NCBI GenBank assembly: GCA_014729775.1
Contig: WJJJ01000013.1
Coordinates: forward strand, 2,947-66,946
Direction: 5' to 3'
From: Candidatus Omnitrophota bacterium
GTDB taxonomy: Bacteria > Omnitrophota > Gorgyraeia > Duberdicusellales > 4484-171
DNA length: 64,000 bases
In this document: positions 1 to 8,824 of the stretch, piece after piece
Layout: each line of letters begins with the position of its first letter
How positions within the stretch are numbered: position 1 is the stretch's first letter
Made by a program: the position numbers and the translations under genes
Notes under the pieces: generated by a model
Database searches by the model: none
What the model was told of the DNA's origin: nothing
What the model saw: the letters and a program-made list of their open reading frames with translations, nothing else

Positions 1-240
1 TTAGCCCGGGAAGCCGGATACCGGACCGTATGCGTCAGCCGCCCTGCGCTCAACGATTTCGCGCGTAAGGAAAAATTTTCCGTCCTGCAAAAAACAGGCA
101 TCAAACGATCGATGTCTTTTCCCACGTTTTCCGGTATCGTCCGGGGCGATGCCGGCGTATACCGCAAACTGCGTTTCACCCGGGCCTGCCGCAGCGCGGT
201 GAAAACGATCATCCGGCCTGCCGGATATGAATGGGTACAA
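1..240 (-). CDS. hypothetical small protein (79 aa); weak
   Basis: Complete ORF on minus strand ending at window edge; no recognisable motif; high-GC background makes short ORFs unreliable. Confidence 0.2.
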   Translation of the reverse strand: MYPFISGRPDDRFHRAAAGPGETQFAVYAGIAPDDTGKRGKRHRSFDACFLQDGKFFLTREIVERRAADAYGPVSGFPG

Positions 241-256
241 GCGAGAGTGATGCGCA

Positions 257-1405
257 GTGGGAGATGATGTATCCGTGTGGCTGTTCTGGATATCGTGGTG
301 GTTTCTTTTCTATGCCTATGCCGGGTATCCGCTGCTGTTATGGATGCTCGCGCGCCTGCGTCCCGCTCCGGTACGTGCCGACGCGCAGGATACGCCTCTC
401 GTTTCGCTGATCATCGCGGCCTACAATGAAGAGCGGTCGATCGCGCGGAAACTCGAGGAAACGCTCACCTACGATTACCCGCGGGACCGGCTTGAGGTAA
501 TCGTGGCTTCTGACGGGTCCACCGACGCGACCGACCGTATCGTATCCGGATATGGCGGGCGCGGCGTAAAACTGGTACGCAACGAACCGCGGCAGGGAAA
601 GACCGCCGCGCAGAATAAGGCGGTGGAAACCGCGCGTGGACACATTCTGCTTTTTTCCGACGCGACCACGAAGTGGGATCCGGATACGCTCCGGATGCTG
701 GTACGCAATTTTCATGACGCCGGAGTCGGCTGTGTAGGCGGGGAGGAGTATTTTCTCCCGGAAGGCGGGATTGCCCGTGAAGCGCATTTTTTCTGGAAGT
801 ACGAGAAGTTCATCCGGCGGTGTGAGAGCCGTATCCGGTCGGTGATCGGGGTGAGCGGATGCGTATTTGGTATCCGCCGCGAACTGTACCTGCCGCTCTC
901 GGATTCGCTGATCGAAGATTTCGCCCTGCCGCTGGCGGTTATCCGCTCCGGATTTCGCTGTGTGTGCGAGCCGCGGGCCCGCGCCTATGAGGCGGCCGCG
1001 CCGGATATCTCGGCGGAATTCGCGCGTAAATCGAGGATCGTCAGTAACGGGATGCGGGTGGTTTGGCATATGCGGGCGCTGTTGAATGTAGTCCGTTTTC
1101 CTTTACCGGCCTGGCAGCTTTTTTCGCATAAGATCTGCCGCTGGCTTGCTCCGGTTGCCATGGCTGTCTTGTTCCTAAGCACTCTGTTCGGTCCGGGCGG
1201 CAGCGCGTTCGTCGCAGCGGCCGGCATCGCGCAGTTGATCTTTTATACGTTCGCCTGCACCGGTTTTCTTTTGCGGCTTCGTCCGCGTACACCCGTATGG
1301 ATAAGAATGCCGTATCATTTTTGTCTGATGAACATCGCGGCGCTGTCCGGTCTGGGGAAATTCTTTCGGGGAGAGCGGAAAGTCTTATGGGAGCCGGTGC
1401 GATGA
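257..1405 (+). CDS. glycosyltransferase family 2 (membrane-anchored, cellulose-synthase-like fold)
   Basis: N-terminal TM segment then VSLIIAAYNEE...SDGSTD (GT2 DXD-type core), C-terminal TM helices; GTG start at 257. Confidence 0.8.
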   Translation: MGDDVSVWLFWISWWFLFYAYAGYPLLLWMLARLRPAPVRADAQDTPLVSLIIAAYNEERSIARKLEETLTYDYPRDRLEVIVASDGSTDATDRIVSGYGGRGVKLVRNEPRQGKTAAQNKAVETARGHILLFSDATTKWDPDTLRMLVRNFHDAGVGCVGGEEYFLPEGGIAREAHFFWKYEKFIRRCESRIRSVIGVSGCVFGIRRELYLPLSDSLIEDFALPLAVIRSGFRCVCEPRARAYEAAAPDISAEFARKSRIVSNGMRVVWHMRALLNVVRFPLPAWQLFSHKICRWLAPVAMAVLFLSTLFGPGGSAFVAAAGIAQLIFYTFACTGFLLRLRPRTPVWIRMPYHFCLMNIAALSGLGKFFRGERKVLWEPVR

Positions 1406-1863
1406 AATATGCGTTGGCAGTATGCGCGGTGATCACGCTCATTCTGGTACTGTCGCTTCTCCCAGTGGCGGAGATAAAAACCGCCCTTAAGGGAATGCTG
1501 GAAGATCCCGAGGCGGTAAGGGCCTGGTTCAAGCGGGTCCTGCCGGTGCGGATTACGCCGACGATGGTGCAGAATATTCTGCACGTGCCTTTTTTTGCCG
1601 GGCTGGCGTGGGTGTCGATGCGCGCGTTGACCCGCGGCGAAAGGAGCGGGGTGAAAGCGGTGATGCTGACCGCGGTCATCGTGTGCGGAATTTCAGTGTT
1701 AAGCGAGGGAATGCAGTTTTTTTCGCTGGAGAGAGATCCCGGGTGGGGAGATTTCCTTCTTGATATGGGCGGCGGTATCGGCGGCGCGGGGGTGTTTTTG
1801 ATACGGGAGAGGAGAAAGTTCCGGGGGCGGACCGCGGAATGTGAGCTTCAGAAGGACGAGTGA
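1402..1863 (+). CDS. VanZ-like family membrane protein
   Basis: Four TM segments with [29 protein letters not shown] (VanZ-like E..Q.F..R..D..D..G motif); ATG at 1402 in frame with listed ORF 1297..1863; ATGA overlap with upstream gene. Confidence 0.55.
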   Translation: MKYALAVCAVITLILVLSLLPVAEIKTALKGMLEDPEAVRAWFKRVLPVRITPTMVQNILHVPFFAGLAWVSMRALTRGERSGVKAVMLTAVIVCGISVLSEGMQFFSLERDPGWGDFLLDMGGGIGGAGVFLIRERRKFRGRTAECELQKDE

Positions 1864-2381
1864 TGAGGAACTATTTCTGGGAGATCATACGTTACGGATT
1901 CGGTGCCGGCGCGTGGAGATACCGGCTGGAAAAGTGGGCCTGGTACGTGCATGATCATATCGCGCCCCGCGTCCGAATGAAAAAGGAGCGCGGCCATCGT
2001 ATTCATCCCACGGCGTCCCTGCGCTGCGGACACAATATTTCACTGGGAGTAAACGCCCATATCAATCAGTACTGCTGTATTTGGGCCAGTCAGCGGGCGC
2101 GGATCGTGCTGGGCGATAACCTGCTGATGGGACCGGGAGTGAAAATTTTCGCGTCCAACCACGGAACCGGGCGGGAAAAGGTAATGACCGCCCAGCCCTG
2201 GCGGGAGAAAGATGTCGTGATCGGCAATGATGTCTGGCTGGGAGCTAACGCGGTGGTGACTTCCGGGGTGACCATCGGCGACGGCGCGGTCATCGCTGCC
2301 GGAGCGGTTGTGACTAAAGACATTCCGCCGTACACGATTTGCGGCGGGATCCCTGCGAAAGTGTTGAGGGAAAGAACATGA
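1863..2381 (+). CDS. sugar O-acetyltransferase, left-handed beta-helix (hexapeptide repeat) family
   Basis: [48 protein letters not shown] hexapeptide repeats; alt GTG start 1860 overlapping upstream stop. Confidence 0.8.
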   Translation: MRNYFWEIIRYGFGAGAWRYRLEKWAWYVHDHIAPRVRMKKERGHRIHPTASLRCGHNISLGVNAHINQYCCIWASQRARIVLGDNLLMGPGVKIFASNHGTGREKVMTAQPWREKDVVIGNDVWLGANAVVTSGVTIGDGAVIAAGAVVTKDIPPYTICGGIPAKVLRERT

Positions 2382-3502
2382 ACGAAAGAAAACTGCGCGT
2401 CGCGCACGTCCTCGTTGCCTTAGGCGTAGGCGGGATGGAAAAAGTGGTCGTCGATATTATCCGCCGGTTTGACCGGGCGCGTGTGCGGTCGTCGGTGTAT
2501 TGCGTGTGGAAGAAGGGATCGCTGGCGGAAAAACTGGAAAAGGAAGGCATCCCGGTGGAAGTCGTGCAAAGTAACGGATTCCCCCTGAATCTGGCCTGGC
2601 AACTCGCGCGGAGATTCCGTCAGCATCGTTACGACGTGGTACACAGCTACAGCGGAGTGTACCGCGATGCCGCACTCGCGGCGCGGGCCGCGGGAGTGCC
2701 GGTGATCGTGCACACCGATCAGGGCAAATTCTATCCGGACAGCCGCTGGAGCCGGATCAATCACCGGATCTGTTCGGTCCTGCGCGATCAGGTGACCGCG
2801 GTATCCGATGAATTAAAGGAGTTCTTGGTCGGGGAGGTCGGCATTCCCGAACGGAAGGTCATCCGCATTTATAATGGGGTGGATCCTCGCGAACACGCCA
2901 GTAACGGCGCGCGTGACCAAACGCGGCAGGCGCTGGGGATCGGCGCCGATACGCCGGTGATCGGTATCGTGGCCCGCCTGAGCGAGGTGAAAAATCACCC
3001 CCTGCTGTTTCACGCCTTTTCCCTGGTGTGCAAAGAATGCCCGAGGGCGCTGCTGCTCGTTGTGGGCGACGGAAAAAAACGCACTTCTCTGGAGTCGCTG
3101 GCCGGGAAACTGGGGATTACGGATCGCGTCCGGTTTTTGGGGACACGGCGGGACGTCAAGGAGTTACTGCATTGTATGGATATCGTGTGTCTTTCATCAC
3201 GCAGCGAAGGGTTGTCGCTCACGCTGGCCGAAGCCATGGCCAGCGCCAAACCCGTAGTCGCCACCGCGGTCGGCGGCAACACCGAACTCATCCGTGACGG
3301 GATCGACGGCCGGCTGGTGTCGCCGGAACATGAGGAGGAGATGGCCGACGCACTGCGTGAATTGCTGGGAGAGAAAGAGAAACGGGAGCAGATGGGCCGT
3401 CACGCGCGGGAACGGATCAGGGAAGAATTCAATCTGGAAACGATCGTGAAAGAATACGAAAATGTATATCTGAAGCTGAGCGGAAATAAGGGGAGGAGAT
3501 GA
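2378..3502 (+). CDS. glycosyltransferase family 4 (GT-B), EPS sugar transferase (stp-like)
   Basis: [40 protein letters not shown]4 C-terminal signature; ATGA overlap with previous gene. Confidence 0.85.
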   Translation: MNERKLRVAHVLVALGVGGMEKVVVDIIRRFDRARVRSSVYCVWKKGSLAEKLEKEGIPVEVVQSNGFPLNLAWQLARRFRQHRYDVVHSYSGVYRDAALAARAAGVPVIVHTDQGKFYPDSRWSRINHRICSVLRDQVTAVSDELKEFLVGEVGIPERKVIRIYNGVDPREHASNGARDQTRQALGIGADTPVIGIVARLSEVKNHPLLFHAFSLVCKECPRALLLVVGDGKKRTSLESLAGKLGITDRVRFLGTRRDVKELLHCMDIVCLSSRSEGLSLTLAEAMASAKPVVATAVGGNTELIRDGIDGRLVSPEHEEEMADALRELLGEKEKREQMGRHARERIREEFNLETIVKEYENVYLKLSGNKGRR

Positions 3503-4620
3503 GGATACTTCATATGATCTCTTCTTCCGGGTTTTACGGCGCGGAACGGGTCGTGCTGGATTTGTTGTGTTTGGCGCGGGATCAGGCGTGGAAGCCGTAC
3601 CTGGTCTGCCTTAAAAGCGCAGAAAAACCGGATCCGGAGCTGTATGGCCGGGCGCAGGAGTGTGATATCGAATCCTACGTGTTCTCCTGCGGGGCGAAGA
3701 TCGACATGGGTACGGTGAGGAAATTGAACGGCTTTGTACGCGCGGAGAATATTGAGTGTATTCACGCGCACGGGTATAAAGCCGACGTGTACGCGTTGAT
3801 GGTGTCCCGTTCCTGCCGGGTTCCGGCAGTGTCTACTTTGCACGGCTGGACAGGAGAGGATCATAAAGTCGGTTTTTACGAACGGATCGACCGCTGGATC
3901 GTGCGCATGTTCGCGCATCTGGTGCCGGTATCGCCGGACATTGAAGAAACGCTGAAACATGCCGGGATCAGCGCCGAAAAGATCACCTGTATCCCTAACG
4001 CGGTCGACACTTCCCGTTTCGATCCGTCAGATGTTGAACCGTTTCGAACCGAGTGGCATCTGGACGGGGCGCTGGTGTTTGGAAGTGTGGGGCGGTTGAG
4101 TCCGGAAAAGGGGCACCGGATGCTTATTCGCGCCTTTTCCCGGATTGCGGCTGAATTCCCGCGGGCGCGTCTGGTGATCACGGGCGAGGGACCTTTGCGG
4201 GACAATCTGCGGCAGCTTGCCTCGGACGAAAAGATTGGGGAAAAGGTGGTGTTTAGCGGACGGCAGACGGAAATGGAACGGGTATACCGTACCATGAACG
4301 TATTCATCCTGCCGTCACTGACCGAAGGGTTGCCGCTGGCCTTGCTGGAAGCGATGAGCATGGCCTGTCCCGTGATCGCGACCCGCGTCGGCGCGATCCC
4401 CGGAGTGGTGGATCCGGCGCAGGGTATGGTAGTGGATCCGGAAGAAACGGCGTTGACCGACGCGATGCGCCGCTTCGCCGCGGACGAATCATTGAGAATC
4501 CGCTGTGCCGCGGCCGCGCGCGCGAAAGTGATACATGAATATGATCTCGCCTCATTTTTTGGAAAATATCAACAAGTGTATGCCCGGGTGTGTCCGCCGC
4601 GGACGGAGAGTCGTGTATGA
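3499..4620 (+). CDS. glycosyltransferase family 4 (GT-B), second EPS sugar transferase
   Basis: EGLPLALLEAMSMACPVIATRVGAIPGVV GT4 signature; ATGA overlap with upstream GT4. Confidence 0.85.
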   Translation: MRILHMISSSGFYGAERVVLDLLCLARDQAWKPYLVCLKSAEKPDPELYGRAQECDIESYVFSCGAKIDMGTVRKLNGFVRAENIECIHAHGYKADVYALMVSRSCRVPAVSTLHGWTGEDHKVGFYERIDRWIVRMFAHLVPVSPDIEETLKHAGISAEKITCIPNAVDTSRFDPSDVEPFRTEWHLDGALVFGSVGRLSPEKGHRMLIRAFSRIAAEFPRARLVITGEGPLRDNLRQLASDEKIGEKVVFSGRQTEMERVYRTMNVFILPSLTEGLPLALLEAMSMACPVIATRVGAIPGVVDPAQGMVVDPEETALTDAMRRFAADESLRIRCAAAARAKVIHEYDLASFFGKYQQVYARVCPPRTESRV

Positions 4621-5456
4621 AAAAGGTGACCAATTTTCTCACGATTGACGTGGAAGAGTATTTTCAGGTCGAGAACTTTAAACGGCATGTTTCCTATGCC
4701 GAATGGGATTCGTTCCCGTCGCGTGTGGTACCGAACACAAGAAAGATCCTCGCTCTGCTCAAACGGCACCGGGTACGGGCGACATTTTTTGTGCTGGGGT
4801 GGGTTGCGGAAAAATTTCCGGAATTGGTACGGGAGATCTCTACGGATGGGCATGAAGTTGCTTCTCATGGCTACCGGCATGAGCTGATCTTCCGGCAGAC
4901 CGCGGAAGAATTTCGGCGTGATGTGCGCGAGGGCAAAGACCTGCTGGAGAATCTGATTCAGAAAAGAGTGTTAGGCTACCGCGCGCCGAGCTGGTCGCTG
5001 ACGCAAAAATCACCGTGGGTATATCAGATATTACGAGAGGAAGGAATTGTTTATGATTCCAGCGTGTTCCCCTATTACCGGTATGACGGCGGATTTCGTG
5101 ACGGCGAGACAAAACCGTATCAGGTCGACGCCGGGCTGTGGGAGTTTCCGGTGTCGACGTTCAGGGTCGCCGGGCAGAATATTCCGTTCGCAGGCGGGGG
5201 CTATTTCCGTCTTTTTCCCTATCGGCTGATCCAATACGGGGTCCGGCGGCTCAATGCGCGGGGACAGCCGGCGATGGTTTACCTGCATCCCTGGGAATTC
5301 GACCCGGGTCAGCCCCGGTTTCAGGCGAGTTACTTAAGTTCGTTCCGGCACTATGTGAATCTGCATACTACGGAAAGAAAACTTGACCGGCTGTTGGGAG
5401 CGCTTTCTTTTTCTTCGCTTGATTCGGCACTCGGCCCGGAGAAGGGGTGCCCGTGA
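4617..5456 (+). CDS. polysaccharide deacetylase, PEP-CTERM-locus subfamily (TIGR03006-like)
   Basis: N-terminus FLTIDVEEYFQVENF and HEVASHGYRHE match the exosortase-locus deacetylase subfamily as I remember it; NodB-type fold. Confidence 0.7.
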   Translation: MKKVTNFLTIDVEEYFQVENFKRHVSYAEWDSFPSRVVPNTRKILALLKRHRVRATFFVLGWVAEKFPELVREISTDGHEVASHGYRHELIFRQTAEEFRRDVREGKDLLENLIQKRVLGYRAPSWSLTQKSPWVYQILREEGIVYDSSVFPYYRYDGGFRDGETKPYQVDAGLWEFPVSTFRVAGQNIPFAGGGYFRLFPYRLIQYGVRRLNARGQPAMVYLHPWEFDPGQPRFQASYLSSFRHYVNLHTTERKLDRLLGALSFSSLDSALGPEKGCP

Positions 5457-6289
5457 TGAAAAAATATGTTAAAAAAATAGTGTCGTGGCTGGCCGTATAC
5501 AGCGGCATCGCGCGAGCGCGGCGGTATTTCCGGCGCAATCTGCCGGTGGTGTTATGCTATCACCGGGTGGTGGACGATCTTGCGCAGGCGCACCAGTATT
5601 CTGATTCGGGAATGGTCGTCTCACGGGAAACCTTCCGCCGCCAGATGGAATTCTTGCGGCGGCATTACTGCGTGATTTCCATGGATACCTTTACCCGGTT
5701 TCTGGACGGTGCCGGGCCGTTGCCTCAATATTCGGTGCTGGTCACGTTTGATGACGGATACAAGGACAACTTCACCTGCGCCTACCCGGTATTCACAGAA
5801 CTGGACCTGCCGGTGACGCTGTTCGTGACCACGGGTTTTATCGACGGCCGGATCGTCCCGGAGTGGGACCGGGAAGTGAATGGACAGCGGCCGGAGATGC
5901 TCTCCTGGGAAGAGATCCGGCGGATGGAGTCCAACGGCGTGACTATCGGCGCGCATACGGTGACCCATCCCGAGTTCGGTACTACCGATCCGAGCCGGGA
6001 GGAGGAGAGGTTGACCGAGATCCCGGCATCCAAACTGCGGCTGGAGGGTGTATTAGGCCAGCCGGTGGAAGTATTCGCCTATCCTAAGGGGAGCATGTCG
6101 ACCGCCGCGCTCAACGCGGTCAAGCAGGCCGGATTTAAAACCGCGTTTGTGGTGCGCCGCCGCGGGGCCGGTCATGACCGGAGGTATTGCTGGCCGCGAA
6201 TACCGGTAAATGAAGGCCGGACGCGGGGGCCGCGCGGGGAAACCGACATGAGGATGTTTGCCTGCGCGCTCGCGGGGATATGGAAATGA
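5456..6289 (+). CDS. polysaccharide deacetylase (NodB homology domain)
   Basis: VLVTFDDGYKDN...TLFVTTGFID...HTVTHP NodB motifs; alt GTG 5447. Confidence 0.8.
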   Translation: MKKYVKKIVSWLAVYSGIARARRYFRRNLPVVLCYHRVVDDLAQAHQYSDSGMVVSRETFRRQMEFLRRHYCVISMDTFTRFLDGAGPLPQYSVLVTFDDGYKDNFTCAYPVFTELDLPVTLFVTTGFIDGRIVPEWDREVNGQRPEMLSWEEIRRMESNGVTIGAHTVTHPEFGTTDPSREEERLTEIPASKLRLEGVLGQPVEVFAYPKGSMSTAALNAVKQAGFKTAFVVRRRGAGHDRRYCWPRIPVNEGRTRGPRGETDMRMFACALAGIWK

Positions 6290-8820
6290 AGGGAACCCAA
6301 CACACAACACAGAGTATCCCGGCGGTAGTGCTGGGTATGACCGCCAACGGGCTGTCGGTCACGCGAAGTTTAGGCCGTCAAGGCGTGCCGGTGACCGGGG
6401 TTGATTCCGGCCGGCATGAGCCGGGGATGTATTCCTGGTACTGCGATCCCCGGGTGTGTCCCGATCCCGGGAACGATCCTGAGGAGTTTCTGCATTGGCT
6501 TCTTGATTTAGGACGGTCATTCGCCCGGCGCCCGGTGCTGTATCTTACGTCCGATAAATATATCGGCGTGGTATCCCGCGCGCGGGAATCTTTGGAAAAA
6601 TATTTTTCATTTTTACTTCCGGACAAAGAGATCGTGGATGCGTTTTTGGACAAGGAACGCACCGCGGAACTCGCCGCGCGTCACGGCGCGCGTCATCCGC
6701 GTACATTCAAAGTACACGAGGAACGTGATCTGCGGGAGGTGTTGTCCATGGTCGCGTATCCGGTGATCTTAAAGCCGCGGTTTTCTCACGTGTGGAGCCG
6801 GTGTTACGGGGGGCAGAAGGTAATCATTGCAAATACTGGCCAAGAATTAAAGGATAAATATTTATACTTGCGAACCCAGTCACAAGAAGTTTTGGTTCAG
6901 GAAATCATCCCTGGACCTGATCAGAATGTGCATTTATTTATGGCATATTACAACGAGTATTCCGTATCCCTGGCGTTGTTCTGTTGCCGGAAACTGCGCC
7001 AGTATCCGCCGCATTTTGGTGTTGGGGCATTAATGGAAAGTATAGAAGAACCGTCAATCCAATCTGTGGGGGAGAGATTCTTAAGGTCAATAGGATATAG
7101 AGGACTTGTGGGGGTTGAATATAAGGTGGATGAACGTACTGGTGAACCGGTTCTTATTGAAGTTAATATGCGGACGAGTCTTGGCGGAGAAATAAGCGTT
7201 CAATCGGGGGTTGATCTTCCGATGATCATGTATCGCCATTTGGCCTGCGGCGAGTCTGAGCCGGACAAAAAGCACTTTTCATTCGTGCCCGGCGTGAAGC
7301 TGATGAACCTTGATCTCGATACCGGGAGCTTTCTTCGTTATCGTCGGGAAGGGGGAATGACACTTGGAGCATGGTTTCTTTCTTTTCGCGCACCGAAACT
7401 GGCCCATACCTATTTTGCCGCGGATGATTTGCGTCCATTTTTCGCGGTCTATTCCCGTTTTCTCAGAAAGATAGGCAGGAAGGTATTTGCGCGCGCGGGC
7501 ACTGCGAGCGCGCCGGCGCGGCGGGTTCCGGCGGTGGTGCTGGGTATGACCGCGAACGGGCTGTCGGTCGCGCGCAGCCTGGGCCGCAGAGGCATTCTTG
7601 TGATCGGGCTTGATTCGGTTGCCGACAGTATAGGATTCAGATCCCGGTATTGCCGCGCCGCGTGCTGTCCGGATGTCCTTCGGGAGGAAGCGGGATTTGT
7701 CGAGTTCCTTGAGCACGTGGGAAAACATTACCGGGAAAAGCCGGTGCTGATCATGACTGCCGATAGCTATGTTGACTGCGTGTCCCGGCATGAGGCGCGG
7801 CTGAAACGTTCTTTCCGGTTCACGATCCCGCGCCGGGAACAGGTTTCGGCGTTCCTGGACAAACGCCGCACCTACGAAGTCTTTCGGGAATACGGGCTCG
7901 CGTGTCCGCGTTCATTCCTGATCGCCTCGGCGGACGGCGCCGTGCGTGCGGCGGCGAAGGTGACGTTTCCCTGCGCGCTCAAGCCCGCCCGCTCGCATGT
8001 CTGGCGTCAAAAGTACGGCGGGAAAAAACTCTTCGTGGTCCGGTCGCCCCGGGAGCTTCGGGAACTGGCGATTAAGCTGATCGCACAAGGGCAGGAGATC
8101 TTCGTTCAGGAGCTTATCCCCGGAGCGGATAACTTCATCTATACCTTTGTCGCCTATTATGACCGGCAGGGCCGGGCGCTGGGGATCTTCACCAAGCAGA
8201 AGATACGCCAGTATCCAATAAAGTTCGGGATCGGCTGTTTTCACGAATCGGGCCAAAATCCGGAAGTACGGGAAAAAGGCCTGCGTTTTCTTTCGGCGCT
8301 GGGCTATACCGGCTTCGCGGGGATCGAATTCAAATACGACTCGCGGGAGAAAAGGTATAAAGCCGTGGAGGTCAATATCCGGACGCTGATGAGCGGGGAA
8401 CTCGCGGTGCGCTCGGGAGTCGATTTTCCTTATTTGTATTATCGCGATCATACGCAGCAGGCGGTTACTCCGGTCACGGCGTTCCGGGAAGGGGTCAAAT
8501 TCGTGCATGAAGACTTAGATCCGGCGTCGTTTTTCCGTTACCGGGCGCGCGGCGAACTCACCCTGCGCCAATGGCTCGCGACCTACCGCGGAGAAGTTCA
8601 TTGCACATATTTTCGTGTAGACGATCCGTTGCCTTTTTTGTTTATGTCCTGCAGGATAGTCCGGACCGCGTGGTGCAAATTAAGGAAATACGCGAGGTTC
8701 GGATTGTTACGATTGAGGGCCGGGCCTGTCGCTTGGAAAAGGGATTCCGTGCCGCGTTTGGATCGGGTGGCTCAGTTTGATGAACCTGAGGTGACAGAAG
8801 GAAAAAAGGCGGGAATATAA
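6280..8820 (+). CDS. tandem double ATP-grasp (COG3919-like carboxylate-amine ligase) fusion protein, 846 aa
   Basis: Two ~400-aa halves each start with P(A)VVLGMTANGLSV(T/A)RSLGR(Q/R)G and carry an ATP-grasp core (EYKVDERTGEPVLIEVNMR / EFKYDSREKRYKAVEVNIR); the repeat is visible at DNA level (6313-6378 vs 7519-7584). Confidence 0.7.
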   Translation: MEMKGTQHTTQSIPAVVLGMTANGLSVTRSLGRQGVPVTGVDSGRHEPGMYSWYCDPRVCPDPGNDPEEFLHWLLDLGRSFARRPVLYLTSDKYIGVVSRARESLEKYFSFLLPDKEIVDAFLDKERTAELAARHGARHPRTFKVHEERDLREVLSMVAYPVILKPRFSHVWSRCYGGQKVIIANTGQELKDKYLYLRTQSQEVLVQEIIPGPDQNVHLFMAYYNEYSVSLALFCCRKLRQYPPHFGVGALMESIEEPSIQSVGERFLRSIGYRGLVGVEYKVDERTGEPVLIEVNMRTSLGGEISVQSGVDLPMIMYRHLACGESEPDKKHFSFVPGVKLMNLDLDTGSFLRYRREGGMTLGAWFLSFRAPKLAHTYFAADDLRPFFAVYSRFLRKIGRKVFARAGTASAPARRVPAVVLGMTANGLSVARSLGRRGILVIGLDSVADSIGFRSRYCRAACCPDVLREEAGFVEFLEHVGKHYREKPVLIMTADSYVDCVSRHEARLKRSFRFTIPRREQVSAFLDKRRTYEVFREYGLACPRSFLIASADGAVRAAAKVTFPCALKPARSHVWRQKYGGKKLFVVRSPRELRELAIKLIAQGQEIFVQELIPGADNFIYTFVAYYDRQGRALGIFTKQKIRQYPIKFGIGCFHESGQNPEVREKGLRFLSALGYTGFAGIEFKYDSREKRYKAVEVNIRTLMSGELAVRSGVDFPYLYYRDHTQQAVTPVTAFREGVKFVHEDLDPASFFRYRARGELTLRQWLATYRGEVHCTYFRVDDPLPFLFMSCRIVRTAWCKLRKYARFGLLRLRAGPVAWKRDSVPRLDRVAQFDEPEVTEGKKAGI

Positions 8821-8824
8821 TCAT

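Noticed and set aside
338-1679. Large antisense and overlapping ORFs in the track (e.g. 338..1069 -, 1041..1679 -, 1315..1584 -) inside the GT2 and VanZ genes
   Set aside because: High GC content generates long stop-free antisense frames; their translations are Arg/Pro/Gly-rich low-complexity strings with no motifs, while the sense-strand genes have clear family signatures. The same reasoning was applied to the other overlapping ORFs throughout the window.
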